DNA of 64,000 nucleotides, taken from positions 5,664,001 through 5,728,000 of the forward strand of contig OZ245742.1 in the NCBI GenBank assembly GCA_965227295.1, in the 5' to 3' direction. Source of the DNA: Leptonemataceae bacterium (GTDB lineage Bacteria > Spirochaetota > Leptospiria > Leptospirales > Leptonemataceae). A program made the translations under genes and the position numbers. Numbering within the stretch: the first letter of the stretch is position 1; each line of letters opens with the position of its first letter. Shown here one piece after another: positions 1 through 9,004 of the stretch. A model generated the notes under the pieces. It was given only the letters and a program-made list of their open reading frames with translations. It ran no database searches and was not told where the DNA came from.

Positions 1-422
1 GCGGCGGCCAGGGCGTAATTGCCGCCGGAGCCCACCGCCAGGATGCCGTCGTCCGGCGCAATGACGTCACCGGTACCCGAGACGAGAAACATTTCCTTGG
101 GATCGGCGACAATCAGCATGGCTTCCAGACGGCGCAGCATGCGATCCGTGCGCCAGTCCCGGGCGAGCTCCACCGCGGCCCGGCCGAGGCTGCCCTGGTA
201 CTGTTCTACTTTTTTCTCGAAGAGTTCGAACAATGTGAAGGCGTCCGCGGCGGAACCGGCGAATCCGGCCAGGATGTCGCGGCCGCTCACCCGGCGGACC
301 TTGTGAGCACCGCCCTTCATGACGGTATTGCCCATGCTGACCTGGCCGTCGCCGGCCATGGCGGTCTTTCCGTTTCGGTGAACTGCCAGAATAGTAGTGG
401 ATTTAAATTCGGGGTAGGCCAT
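1..422 (-). CDS. hslV: ATP-dependent protease subunit HslV (partial, runs off window start)
   Basis: Manual translation from ATG at 422: [37 protein letters not shown]...[17 protein letters not shown]...[14 protein letters not shown]...[11 protein letters not shown]. The TTI N-terminal nucleophile and GSGG motifs match HslV. Not in the ORF track because it is truncated. Confidence 0.97.
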   Translation of the reverse strand, partial: MAYPEFKSTTILAVHRNGKTAMAGDGQVSMGNTVMKGGAHKVRRVSGRDILAGFAGSAADAFTLFELFEKKVEQYQGSLGRAAVELARDWRTDRMLRRLEAMLIVADPKEMFLVSGTGDVIAPDDGILAVGSGGNYALAA

Positions 423-524
423 AAACAAAAGCGCAGCCGTAGCGGTGGCGCGGATTTGTAAAAGATTTTCGCGCCACGCCCTCAGGCATTCAAATTTCCG
501 TTTCGATCGGCGTCCAGCGTTATC

Positions 525-1094
525 ATGCCAACCGAGTGTCCTCGTCCCTACAACCGGGTGCCTGCCCTCCTTTTTGTCGCAGGCACGCTGTTTGCGCCCG
601 CCTGCGTCGCCGTGGAATCCCAGCCCCGCGCCCTGCTTCCGGTGCCGCGCTGGACGAACACGAGCATGCATCTGCCGCCGGAGTCCACCGGCAGTGTCCG
701 TGAGTACACGAACGAATTGCGCCGACTCGCGGTCCCGGCCCTGGAGATCGGGCTTATTCTGGGCGTGCTTTTTTTGATCGCGGCAACCCGCACCCGGCGT
801 CTGGTGCGCGAGTATCTCTTTCTCCAACGACGCGAGGCCTATCTCGACAATCGTTTTCGCCAGCGTGCGCAGGCGGCGGTCCGTTTTACCCGGCGACTCT
901 ACGAGGCTGTCCTGCGCATCGAGGCCTGGTGCCGACAGCCCGGACGGCGACTGCGGACGGGCGCCCCGGGCATGCCGGAGGACGATCTCTCTCCCGCCGA
1001 GTTCGATGCCCGCCTCCGTGAGGCCGCGGCCGCTCCGGTACAACGCCTGCGCGATGTTCGCATCGAAGACGAAACGGAGCATGCCGACGAATGA
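525..1094 (+). CDS. hypothetical membrane protein
   Basis: 189-aa ORF with a hydrophobic N-terminal segment and one TM ([16 protein letters not shown]); stop overlaps the next start (ATGA). Confidence 0.6.
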   Translation: MPTECPRPYNRVPALLFVAGTLFAPACVAVESQPRALLPVPRWTNTSMHLPPESTGSVREYTNELRRLAVPALEIGLILGVLFLIAATRTRRLVREYLFLQRREAYLDNRFRQRAQAAVRFTRRLYEAVLRIEAWCRQPGRRLRTGAPGMPEDDLSPAEFDARLREAAAAPVQRLRDVRIEDETEHADE

Positions 1095-2893
1095 CGGCCG
1101 GTCCGGGGAAACCGCGGCCGGACCTGCCGGCGTGCTCTGCTCTCCTGGGAGTCCTGATCGCCGCCCTTTTCGCGGGGGCCTGCGTGCCTGTGAGCACCAT
1201 GAACGGTGCTCCGTCTACGAACGTCTCCCTGGACCTGCGTCGCGCCGAGTGGTACATCGCCTTCGAAGACAGCCGACGCTTCCTGGACCCAAATATCGAC
1301 GCGAGTACCTCCCGGCGCTGGCAGCGCATTGAGGTGCCGTCGAACTGGATGCGGCTCCGCGATCATCCGGGGGTGGCCTGGTACCGTACGCGCATCAGCC
1401 TGCCGCCGGAGCTCGAGGGTCGACCACTGGGCCTGTTCATCCGAAACATCTTCAACGCCGACGAAGCTTTCTGGGATGGACGGCCCATCGGGAACACCGG
1501 CGTCGTAGACAACTACGACACTCACGGCTATTACCTCCCCCGGGCCTATTCCATTCCCGCCGAACTCACCGGCCCGGGCAGCCACGTCCTGGCCATTCGC
1601 GTACGCGGTCACTTTCCCGACGCCGGCGGCATCCGCGACGGCCCGGTCTTTCTGAGCACGGCCGAGGATGCCGCGCGCCGGTTGGTGCGCCTCGAACAAC
1701 AGAGTCTGCTCTTTGTGTTGATCTTCGGGCTCACGGGTACCTTTTTCGTCTGGCTGCACGCCGTGGCCGGTCGGCCCCGGGGCGCCTTTTCGTTCGGCGC
1801 GGCCAACATATTTGCCGCCCTCCTGGAGCTCGGCCGCGCCCCGCTGACCCAGGAACTCGTCGGTGACTTCCTGGTTGCCCGCGGCATTGTCTATCTCGGG
1901 ACCTACGGTTTCGGTGCGGCCTCGCTGGCGTTCTGGTCGGCCTACTTTCGCGTGGCAACGACCCCGGTCCACGTCGTCTACTACGGCTTTAGTTCGTTGG
2001 TGATGGCGGCGTGTGTTCTGAGTCCGGACGTGATCCTGTGGCGGGAGCTGCAATCGCTGTGGTTCTATATTTCGCTGACGCTCTCTCTGGCCGTGATCTT
2101 TCTTTTGTTCCGGCATATCTGGTTCCGGCACCGCGACGCGCTCTGGCTGGGCGTGGCCTTCGGCGTCTGTATGGCCGGCGCCATCCAACAATGGCTCGTG
2201 GTTCAGGACGTCTTCGACGGGCCGCGACTCTTTCCGTACGGCTTTCTCTGCATGGATCTGATCGTCGCCGTGATCCTGTACCGGAGTTTGTACCAACACT
2301 TCCGCGAGGTGCGGCGACGCGTCGAACTGCTGGACCACATCGATCGCCAGCGCGGCCGGTTCTTTGAAAACGTGGCGATCAGTTGCCTGCCCCTGGCCGA
2401 TCGCCTCCGACGTTCCACCGAGGCCCTGCCTCCTCCCCGCGGAGAACCGGACGCGCCGGACCGCAGGTACGCCGACGTCGAAGCCGACGCCGTAGCCCTC
2501 CGCCGGGCCCTGGGTCGCATGAGCACCGTGGCCCGCATGCACGCCGGCGACTTCGACGAAGCGCCCGGCGTGGAACCGGCGGTGCTCGCCCGCCGCAGTC
2601 CGCAACTCCGCGTCGAAGGCGAACCGGGCCATGTGCGCATCGTCGGCTCGCCGGAACTTTTGGAACGCCTGGTGGAAACCCTGGCCGATTGTTCCCGGGA
2701 CGGCCTGGTGTATCTGCGGATGGAAGAGCGGACCTTTTTGTTTTCCGTGCGGACGCCAGACGGCTTCTTCGGAGACTCGAATCGTCTCATCGATTTCACC
2801 CTGGTTCGCGAAGCGGTCCGCCACCTCGGCGGCAAAGAACCGGCTCTTCGCAAAGATACACTCACCGTACGTTTACGCGCGGCGAAGAAGTAG
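1091..2893 (+). CDS. membrane sensor-like protein: GH2-type sugar-binding/7TM-DISM-like domain, ~7 TM helices and a degenerate kinase-like C-terminus
   Basis: [10 protein letters not shown]...[12 protein letters not shown]...[11 protein letters not shown]...HVLAIRV...GGI resembles a galactose-binding jelly roll; ~7 hydrophobic segments follow, then a coiled coil and a cytoplasmic tail. Confidence 0.7.
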   Translation: MTAGPGKPRPDLPACSALLGVLIAALFAGACVPVSTMNGAPSTNVSLDLRRAEWYIAFEDSRRFLDPNIDASTSRRWQRIEVPSNWMRLRDHPGVAWYRTRISLPPELEGRPLGLFIRNIFNADEAFWDGRPIGNTGVVDNYDTHGYYLPRAYSIPAELTGPGSHVLAIRVRGHFPDAGGIRDGPVFLSTAEDAARRLVRLEQQSLLFVLIFGLTGTFFVWLHAVAGRPRGAFSFGAANIFAALLELGRAPLTQELVGDFLVARGIVYLGTYGFGAASLAFWSAYFRVATTPVHVVYYGFSSLVMAACVLSPDVILWRELQSLWFYISLTLSLAVIFLLFRHIWFRHRDALWLGVAFGVCMAGAIQQWLVVQDVFDGPRLFPYGFLCMDLIVAVILYRSLYQHFREVRRRVELLDHIDRQRGRFFENVAISCLPLADRLRRSTEALPPPRGEPDAPDRRYADVEADAVALRRALGRMSTVARMHAGDFDEAPGVEPAVLARRSPQLRVEGEPGHVRIVGSPELLERLVETLADCSRDGLVYLRMEERTFLFSVRTPDGFFGDSNRLIDFTLVREAVRHLGGKEPALRKDTLTVRLRAAKK

Positions 2894-2932
2894 GAACCCC
2901 GGAAAGTTTTATTTGCTCCGTAACTCGCAACC

Positions 2933-4824
2933 GCCCCGAATCGTGATGTAAGTGCAGGCCAGTGTACATTAATGCTTTTATGGGTACGGCTGGTTCCAGC
3001 TGACGCGCGGAGGTTATGCCGGGGAACGTGGTACGGCGGACCGGAACGGCGTCTTCGCCGCAAGAAACGCTGCGATAGCTGAGTCTTGCAATTTACCTCA
3101 TGGTTCTCACAGCAACAGTCACGAACCGCAGTCCTTGAATTACCGGAAACGCTCGGGTAATTCGCACACGCCCCGAATTGTGACGTAAGTGGCGGTCAGT
3201 GTACATTAATACTTTTTTGGGTACAACTGGTTCCAGGCGACCACGGAGGTCATGCCGGGGAACGTGGTACGGCGCACCGGAACGGCGTCTTCGTCGTAAA
3301 GATCCATCCCGCGAATCCGCACCCCGGAGCCCCGCTCTATCCGCGGGGCGGAGCGGGTGCGGGTTCGCGATAGCTGAGTCGCAAACCGACGTCCGGGTCG
3401 AACGCAGCATTCTTAACAAAACGAAAATCCACAACATTTCTGAAGTCGGACAGGCCCCGGCTTATCCCTTAATCTCGCCGAAGCGAGATTAAGGCTCCCG
3501 CTCAGCCGTAGCCAAAAAAGGCATTTCACGGTTGCGCAACTTACCTTATGCTTCTCACAGCAACAGTCACGAACCGCAGTCCTTGAACTACCGGAAACGC
3601 TCGGGTAATTCGCACACGCCCCGAATTGTGATGTAAGTAGCGGTCAGTGTACATTAATACTTTCATGGGTACAACTGGTTCCAGGCGACCACGGAGGTCA
3701 TGCCGGGGAACGTGGTACGGCGCACCGGAACGGCGTCTTCGTCGTAAAGATCCATCCCGCGAATCCGCACCCCGGAGCCCCGCTCTATCCGCGGGGCGGA
3801 GCGGGTGCGGGTTCGCGATAGCTGAGTCGCAAACCGACGTCCGGGTCGAACGCAGCATCCGTGAGCAAAACGAAAATCCACAACATTTCTGAAGTCGGAC
3901 AGGCCCCGGCTTATCCCTTAATCTCGCCGAAGCGAGATTAAGGCTCCCGCTCAGCCGTAGCCAAAAAAGGCCTTTCACGGTTGCGCAATTTACCTTATGC
4001 TTCTCACAGCAACAGTCACGAACCGCAGTCCTTGAATTACCGGAAACGCTCGGGTAATTCGCACACGCCCCGAATTGTGATGTAAGTAGCGGTCAGTGTA
4101 CATTAATACTTTCATGGGTACAACTGGTTCCAGGCGACCACGGAGGTCATGCCGGGGAACGTGGCAAGGCGCACCGGAACGGCGTCTTCGTCGTAAAGAT
4201 CCATCCCGCGAATCCGCACCCCGGAGCCCCGCTCTATCCGCGGGGCGGAGCGGGTGCGGGTTCGCGATAGCTGAGTCGCAAACCGACGTCCGGGTCGAAC
4301 GCAGCATTCTTAACAAAACGAAAATCCACAACTCCCGCTCAGCCGTAGCCAAAAAAGGCATTTCACGGTTGCGCAACTTACCTTATGCTTCTCACAGCAA
4401 CAGTCACGAACCGCAGTCCTTGAACTACCGGAAACGCTCGGGTAATTCGCACACGCCCCGAATCGTTGTGTAAGTGGCGGTCAGTGTACATTAATACTTT
4501 TATGGGTACGGCTGGTTCCAGCTGACGCGCGGAGGTTATGCCGGGGAACGTGGTACGGCGGACCGGAACGGCGTCTTCGTCGTAAGGAACGCTGCGATAG
4601 CTGAGTCGCAAACCGACGTCCGGGTCGAACGCAGCATTCTTAACAAAACGAAAATCCACAACATTTCTGAAGTCGGACAGGCCCCGGCTTATCCCTTAAT
4701 CTCGCCGAAGCGAGATTAAGGCTCCCGCAAAGCTGTAGCCAAAAAAGCCCCTTCACAGTTCCGCGACTTACTTCATGTTTCTCACGGCAATCGCAAGGAA
4801 CCGCAGCTCTTGAATTACCGGAAA
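2933..4824. repeat. tandem array 1 of a modular non-coding repeat (5 cores plus a partial unit)
   Basis: Anchor GTACATTAAT at 2964, 3201, 3649, 4098 and 4486 (spacings 237, 448, 449, 388). Units are near-identical, with optional hairpin modules. Confidence 0.95.
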
Positions 4825-4908
4825 TTCTCTGTCGTTCGAACACGCCGAACGGCTGGTTCGCGGCCCATGTGTTGATTGACCGGAATGTTCGCACGGCGAA
4901 ACTCGGCC

Positions 4909-5997
4909 ATGGCCTTCGCCTTTCATTCGGTCGTCCTCGAACGGGCCTCGGGTTTATGGAAGCACCACGACCTGGCCCTGGGCATCGAAGGCATCGACAC
5001 CCAGCATGCCTGGCTGGTGGCGGTGATCCTGGAACTGGAGTGGGTCCTGAATCGCGAGAGCGAAGGCGCGGACCAGTACATCGCCATGTTGATCCAGCAT
5101 GCGAAGAGCTACGCCGCGGAACACTTTAACGTCGAAGAAGAACTCTTTCGCCGCCTGCATTACTCGGACGAAGAGCACCACGTGCGCAGCCACCGGAACT
5201 TCATCCAGGCCGTGGAAAAGGTGGCGCCGGGTTCGTATGATCGCGCCGGGGCGAACAAGCTGTACCGACTGCTGCGCATGTGGCTGGTGCATCACATCTT
5301 GCAGGAAGACCGCGGCTACGCGGAGTACTTTAAGAAGCGCCGGCTCCTGGACGACGCCAACAAATTGTTCGAGGAAATCGATCAGGAAAAACACGTCCTG
5401 GACGACTATCGCCGCCAGGTCTTCAAAACTATTTCCGGTTCGGCGCGGAACATCGAGGTCACCACGCCCGAAATCCAGGCGGAGATCGCTTCCATCTGGA
5501 AACGCCTGAACCTGCAGATCCAGGTCCCGCTGATCGACATCCAGCACCTGTGGTTGATCAAACTCGTCGTGGATATGGACCAGGCCATGCGCGATTCGAA
5601 GCTCACCCGGGACGCGGTGCTCGCGCATACGATCGCCGAGGCCTCGGAGTACATCGACGTGCACTTCCGCACCGAGGAGCAGTTGATGGACATCATCGAG
5701 TATCCGGACAAAGCCCGGCACCAGGCGACCCATCGCAAGTTCGTGGAGTTCGTACAGCAGCGCCGCAAGGAACTGGAGAGCGGCAACACCCGGGCGGCCA
5801 TGACCCTGGTCAACGATCTGCGGCAGTGGCTGACGAATCACATTGCCCTGGACGACAAAACCCTGGCCGAACACTACCGCAACCACCGCGAGGCGGCCCT
5901 GGCGTTTTCGAAAGAAAAAATCGTTTCCGGCGAAGCGCACGTCCGCCGCAATCAGATTAACTTATACCAGATTATTGTTAAGAAGCAGGCCGTATGA
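4909..5997 (+). CDS. bacteriohemerythrin with two tandem hemerythrin domains
   Basis: Two full ligand sets: IDTQH/HFNVEE/HVRSH/WLVHHILQED and IDIQH/HFRTEE/HQATH/WLTNHIALDD. Start ATG 4909 chosen; the ORF extends to 4876. Confidence 0.92.
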   Translation: MAFAFHSVVLERASGLWKHHDLALGIEGIDTQHAWLVAVILELEWVLNRESEGADQYIAMLIQHAKSYAAEHFNVEEELFRRLHYSDEEHHVRSHRNFIQAVEKVAPGSYDRAGANKLYRLLRMWLVHHILQEDRGYAEYFKKRRLLDDANKLFEEIDQEKHVLDDYRRQVFKTISGSARNIEVTTPEIQAEIASIWKRLNLQIQVPLIDIQHLWLIKLVVDMDQAMRDSKLTRDAVLAHTIAEASEYIDVHFRTEEQLMDIIEYPDKARHQATHRKFVEFVQQRRKELESGNTRAAMTLVNDLRQWLTNHIALDDKTLAEHYRNHREAALAFSKEKIVSGEAHVRRNQINLYQIIVKKQAV

Positions 5998-6722
5998 TCG
6001 CGTTGATGATCGCACTCGTTGCCTGGGGGGCCGGACTCACGGCCCTGGCCGGAGGCGCGGCGGCGTTATGGCGGCACAAACCGGGCGGCCGCGAGGCGAG
6101 CGACATTCAACTGCGCCTCCTGCACGGCATCGTCGCCTTCGGCGGCGGCGTGTTACTCGCGGCGGTAGCCTTCGCGCTTTTGCCGGAAAGCATGGATCTG
6201 CTTCCGGGCTACGTGCTCGCCCCCGCGTTCCTGGCCGGCGGCGTAATTTTTGCGCTCTTCGATGCGTGGCAGGCGCGCCACGGCAAAACCAAAAACACCG
6301 CGCAGTTCCCGGCGATGCTCATGGACTTCGTTCCCGAAGCGGTTTCCCTCGGCGCGGTCTTCGGCCACGATCGTCGCCAGGGCATTCTGCTCGCGGCTTT
6401 CATCGCCCTCCAGAATTTTCCCGAGGGTTTCAATTCCATGCGCGAGATGCTGGTATCCGGCACGGCACCGGGCCGTGTACTGCGGCGCCTGGCGCTCGTG
6501 AGCCTGCTCGGCCCCGCCGCGGCACTGGCCGGGCACTTCTTTCTACAGGAATTGCCGTACGTTACCGCGACGTTGATGGTCTTCGCATCCGGCGGGATTC
6601 TGTATTTGATCTTTCAGGACATCGCCCCGCAATCACGACTCCCGCGACACTGGAGCCCCACCCTGGGCGCCGTGCTGGGTTTTCTGCTGGGCATGATCGG
6701 GCATAAGTTTCTTTCACCGTGA
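5994..6722 (+). CDS. ZIP family (ZupT/GufA-like) divalent metal transporter
   Basis: Multi-TM protein with AFGGGVLL...LLPE, MDFVPEAVSLG, IALQNFPEGFNS and FASGGILYLIFQDIAPQ motifs; ATGA overlap with the upstream gene. Confidence 0.9.
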   Translation: MIALMIALVAWGAGLTALAGGAAALWRHKPGGREASDIQLRLLHGIVAFGGGVLLAAVAFALLPESMDLLPGYVLAPAFLAGGVIFALFDAWQARHGKTKNTAQFPAMLMDFVPEAVSLGAVFGHDRRQGILLAAFIALQNFPEGFNSMREMLVSGTAPGRVLRRLALVSLLGPAAALAGHFFLQELPYVTATLMVFASGGILYLIFQDIAPQSRLPRHWSPTLGAVLGFLLGMIGHKFLSP

Positions 6723-6839
6723 GTTAGTTCGCGTAAGATTTTTTCGCGGTTCGCCTGTTTTCGCTAACTATTTGCCGCCGCAAGCTATGTGCGGAATTTT
6801 TTGGATTGCGCGGGCACGTACTTCGAATATGCCGTACGC

Positions 6840-7706
6840 ATGCGCAGTCGATTGGCCGCGGCCGGCCTGGTTTTGGTTTTTTGCATGTTGCCCGGGCCCG
6901 GCCTCGCGTGCCTGGCCCTGCCGGCCACGACGTCCATCAACACCGTCGACGTGGAACGGCCCGTCGATGCGCTCGATCGCAGCGCGGATAGTACGGGCAA
7001 CTGTCTCGGCGGCGCTCCGGCAACGACGGCTCCCCGCGGCCACAATCCGCTGCTCTTCGTCTCGCGCGAGGGCTACTCGCTCGGCTACTCCGGCTTTATG
7101 CGCTCGGCCCTGTGGGTCTGCGAAATCATCGAGGCCAACGAACTCACCGGCGACGCGAAACGCAAGAATCGCTTCAAGGCGGATCCGCTCATTCCGGGAC
7201 AGTGGCAGTCACAGCTCTCCGACTACAAATATTCCGGCTTCGACCGCGGACACCTGGCCGCCGCCGGTAATTACAAGCACGATCAGGAGTTAAACAACGA
7301 GTCGTTCTATCTTTCGAACATGGCGCCGCAGGTTCCGGGCTTCAATCAACAGATCTGGCGGGAGCTGGAAGAACTGAGCCGCGAGTACGTCGACGAGTTC
7401 GACACGGGCATCTACGTGATTACCGGCGGCTTCTTAGAGGATCATCGCGAACTCCGAAGCATCGGCGCCAACAAGGTCGTGGTGCCCTCGCATTTCTACA
7501 AGATTCTTGTGCGCGAAAGTTACGGTGAACATACGAGTCTCGCCTTTGTTCTGGAGAATCGCAAGCACCGCCGGCCGTTCCATTTCGCGGCCTTCCTCGT
7601 GAGCATCGACTCGATCGAAGCACGCACGGGGCAGGATTTTTTTCCGCGGATGCCGGCGACGGAACAACGGCAACTGGAAGGCGCGGCCGCGGCGGGCTTG
7701 TGGTGA
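6840..7706 (+). CDS. secreted DNA/RNA non-specific endonuclease (NucA/Endonuclease_NS family)
   Basis: Signal-like N-terminus; YKYSGFDRGHLAAAG, FYLSNMAPQ, FNQQIWRELE and VPSHFYKI motifs. Confidence 0.93.
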   Translation: MRSRLAAAGLVLVFCMLPGPGLACLALPATTSINTVDVERPVDALDRSADSTGNCLGGAPATTAPRGHNPLLFVSREGYSLGYSGFMRSALWVCEIIEANELTGDAKRKNRFKADPLIPGQWQSQLSDYKYSGFDRGHLAAAGNYKHDQELNNESFYLSNMAPQVPGFNQQIWRELEELSREYVDEFDTGIYVITGGFLEDHRELRSIGANKVVVPSHFYKILVRESYGEHTSLAFVLENRKHRRPFHFAAFLVSIDSIEARTGQDFFPRMPATEQRQLEGAAAAGLW

Positions 7707-8744
7707 TCAGCGCCCGTGCGGGTGGCAGTTCCGCAAGGTATCGCGCAGGCGATCTTTCGAAACGTGGGTGTAGACCTGGGTCGTCGAGAGCGAGGCGTGA
7801 CCGAGCAACTCCTGCACCGCGCGAATGTCCGCTCCGGCGTTGAGCAGGTCCGTGGCGAAGCTGTGGCGAAACTTGTGCGGGCTCACGTTACGGTGAATCA
7901 TGAGGCGCCGCTGAATCATGCGCAGAATGTGTCGCGCCCCGCGATCGCTTAACCTCTCGCCGCGAGCATTTAAGAACAAGGCTTCGTCGCGGGCCGCGGC
8001 CCCGCGCACCTGCAGGTATTCACGTACCGCCTCACGCGCGGCGTCGCCGAAAAAAACGATGCGGTCTTTGCGCCCCTTGCCGGTGATCTTGAGTTCCCGC
8101 GGCGCGCGAACCAGCTGATCCGCCGTGAGCGAGAGCAGTTCGCTGATCCGCATGCCGGAGGAGTACAACATTTCGCACAGCGCCCGGTTACGGCGTTGCA
8201 GAAACACCCGGCGCTCCGGGTTTACCGTGCCCGTTTCGGCATGCGCCGCCGGATCATCGTCTTCCAGCAGATGCCCCAGATCGGCCGGGGTCAGAACCAC
8301 CGGCAACGGCCGGCTGAACTTCGGCGCGTTGAGTTCCGCCGCGGGATTATCGCCGACGAGTTTCTCCCGGCGCTCCAGATCCCTGTAGTAACTTTTAATG
8401 GCCGAAAGTTTGCGTGCTTGAGAACGCGCTCCGAGTTTTCGCCGTTTGCTGCGGCCGGCAACGCTGTTGGCCTCGGCGCGGCCGCCGCCAAAACGCGCGC
8501 CGGTGCGTTCGGCGAAGTAGGTGCGCAGTTCTTTCGGAGTAATGCGCTCCGGTTCGCCGGCGTTCTTTGCGAGATAGACGAAGAACTCCCAGAGATCCTT
8601 GAGATACGCACGCAGGCTGTGCGGCGAAAGATCGCGCTGGTAGGCGAGCGTGTCGTGAAACGTGCTCAGCTCGGCCTGGAGATCCGGGCGGGCGTCCAGT
8701 TGTTCCCAGGCGCCGACGGGGAGATGGGTGGCGGCTTCGGGCAT
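7707..8744 (-). CDS. xerC: tyrosine recombinase XerC
   Basis: Catalytic residues present: YSSGMRISEL (R), GKGRKDR (K), HKFRHSFATDL (HxxR), LGHASLSTTQVY (H, Y); ends in HPHG. Co-oriented with hslV. XerD cannot be fully excluded. Confidence 0.85.
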   Translation of the reverse strand: MPEAATHLPVGAWEQLDARPDLQAELSTFHDTLAYQRDLSPHSLRAYLKDLWEFFVYLAKNAGEPERITPKELRTYFAERTGARFGGGRAEANSVAGRSKRRKLGARSQARKLSAIKSYYRDLERREKLVGDNPAAELNAPKFSRPLPVVLTPADLGHLLEDDDPAAHAETGTVNPERRVFLQRRNRALCEMLYSSGMRISELLSLTADQLVRAPRELKITGKGRKDRIVFFGDAAREAVREYLQVRGAAARDEALFLNARGERLSDRGARHILRMIQRRLMIHRNVSPHKFRHSFATDLLNAGADIRAVQELLGHASLSTTQVYTHVSKDRLRDTLRNCHPHGR

Positions 8745-8785
8745 GATTTGATTATCGGAAGATTTTTACAGGAGGTAGAGAGGGT

Positions 8786-8939
8786 CTCAGCTATCGCAGC
8801 GTTTCTTACGGCGAAGACGCCGTTCCGGTCCGCCGTACCACGTTCCCCGGCATAACCTCCGCGCGCCAGCTGGAACCAGCCGTACCCATACAAAGCTTAA
8901 TGTACACTGGCCGCCACTTACATCACGATTCGGGGCGTG
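8786..8939 (-). repeat. solo inverted copy of the ~150-bp core of the modular repeat
   Basis: Reverse complement matches the array core CGCCCCGAATCGTGATGTAAGT...GTGTACATTAAG...GCGATAGCTGAG. Confidence 0.93.
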
Positions 8940-9004
8940 CACAAACAACCCGTCACCAATCGCTAACACAAGAAATCAACACGATCCTGTTGTCCCGGTC
9001 GCCC

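Noticed and set aside
899..2824. Long antisense or alternative-frame ORFs (for example 899-2824, 4954-5940, 19060-20349, 26124-27332, 43258-44640)
   Set aside because: Shadow ORFs expected in high-GC DNA opposite well-supported genes; no recognisable motifs.
2933..4824. CRISPR array
   Set aside because: Units are hundreds of bp long and similar throughout; there are no short repeats alternating with unique spacers and no cas genes.
3093..4894. Protein-coding ORFs inside the repeat arrays (also 27301-28774 and 8666-8969)
   Set aside because: ORFs appear in several frames on both strands, copies differ by frameshifting indels, and substitutions in the longest frame are mostly non-synonymous.
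6840..7706. Nuclease as an eCIS effector or defence gene
   Set aside because: It has a Sec-type signal peptide, lies 35 kb from the cluster and has no adjacent immunity gene.
2933..8939. Integron (tyrosine recombinase plus attC-like repeats)
   Set aside because: The recombinase looks like XerC and lacks the integron-integrase insertion near the HxxR motif; the repeats do not flank single gene cassettes and show no attC R-box layout.
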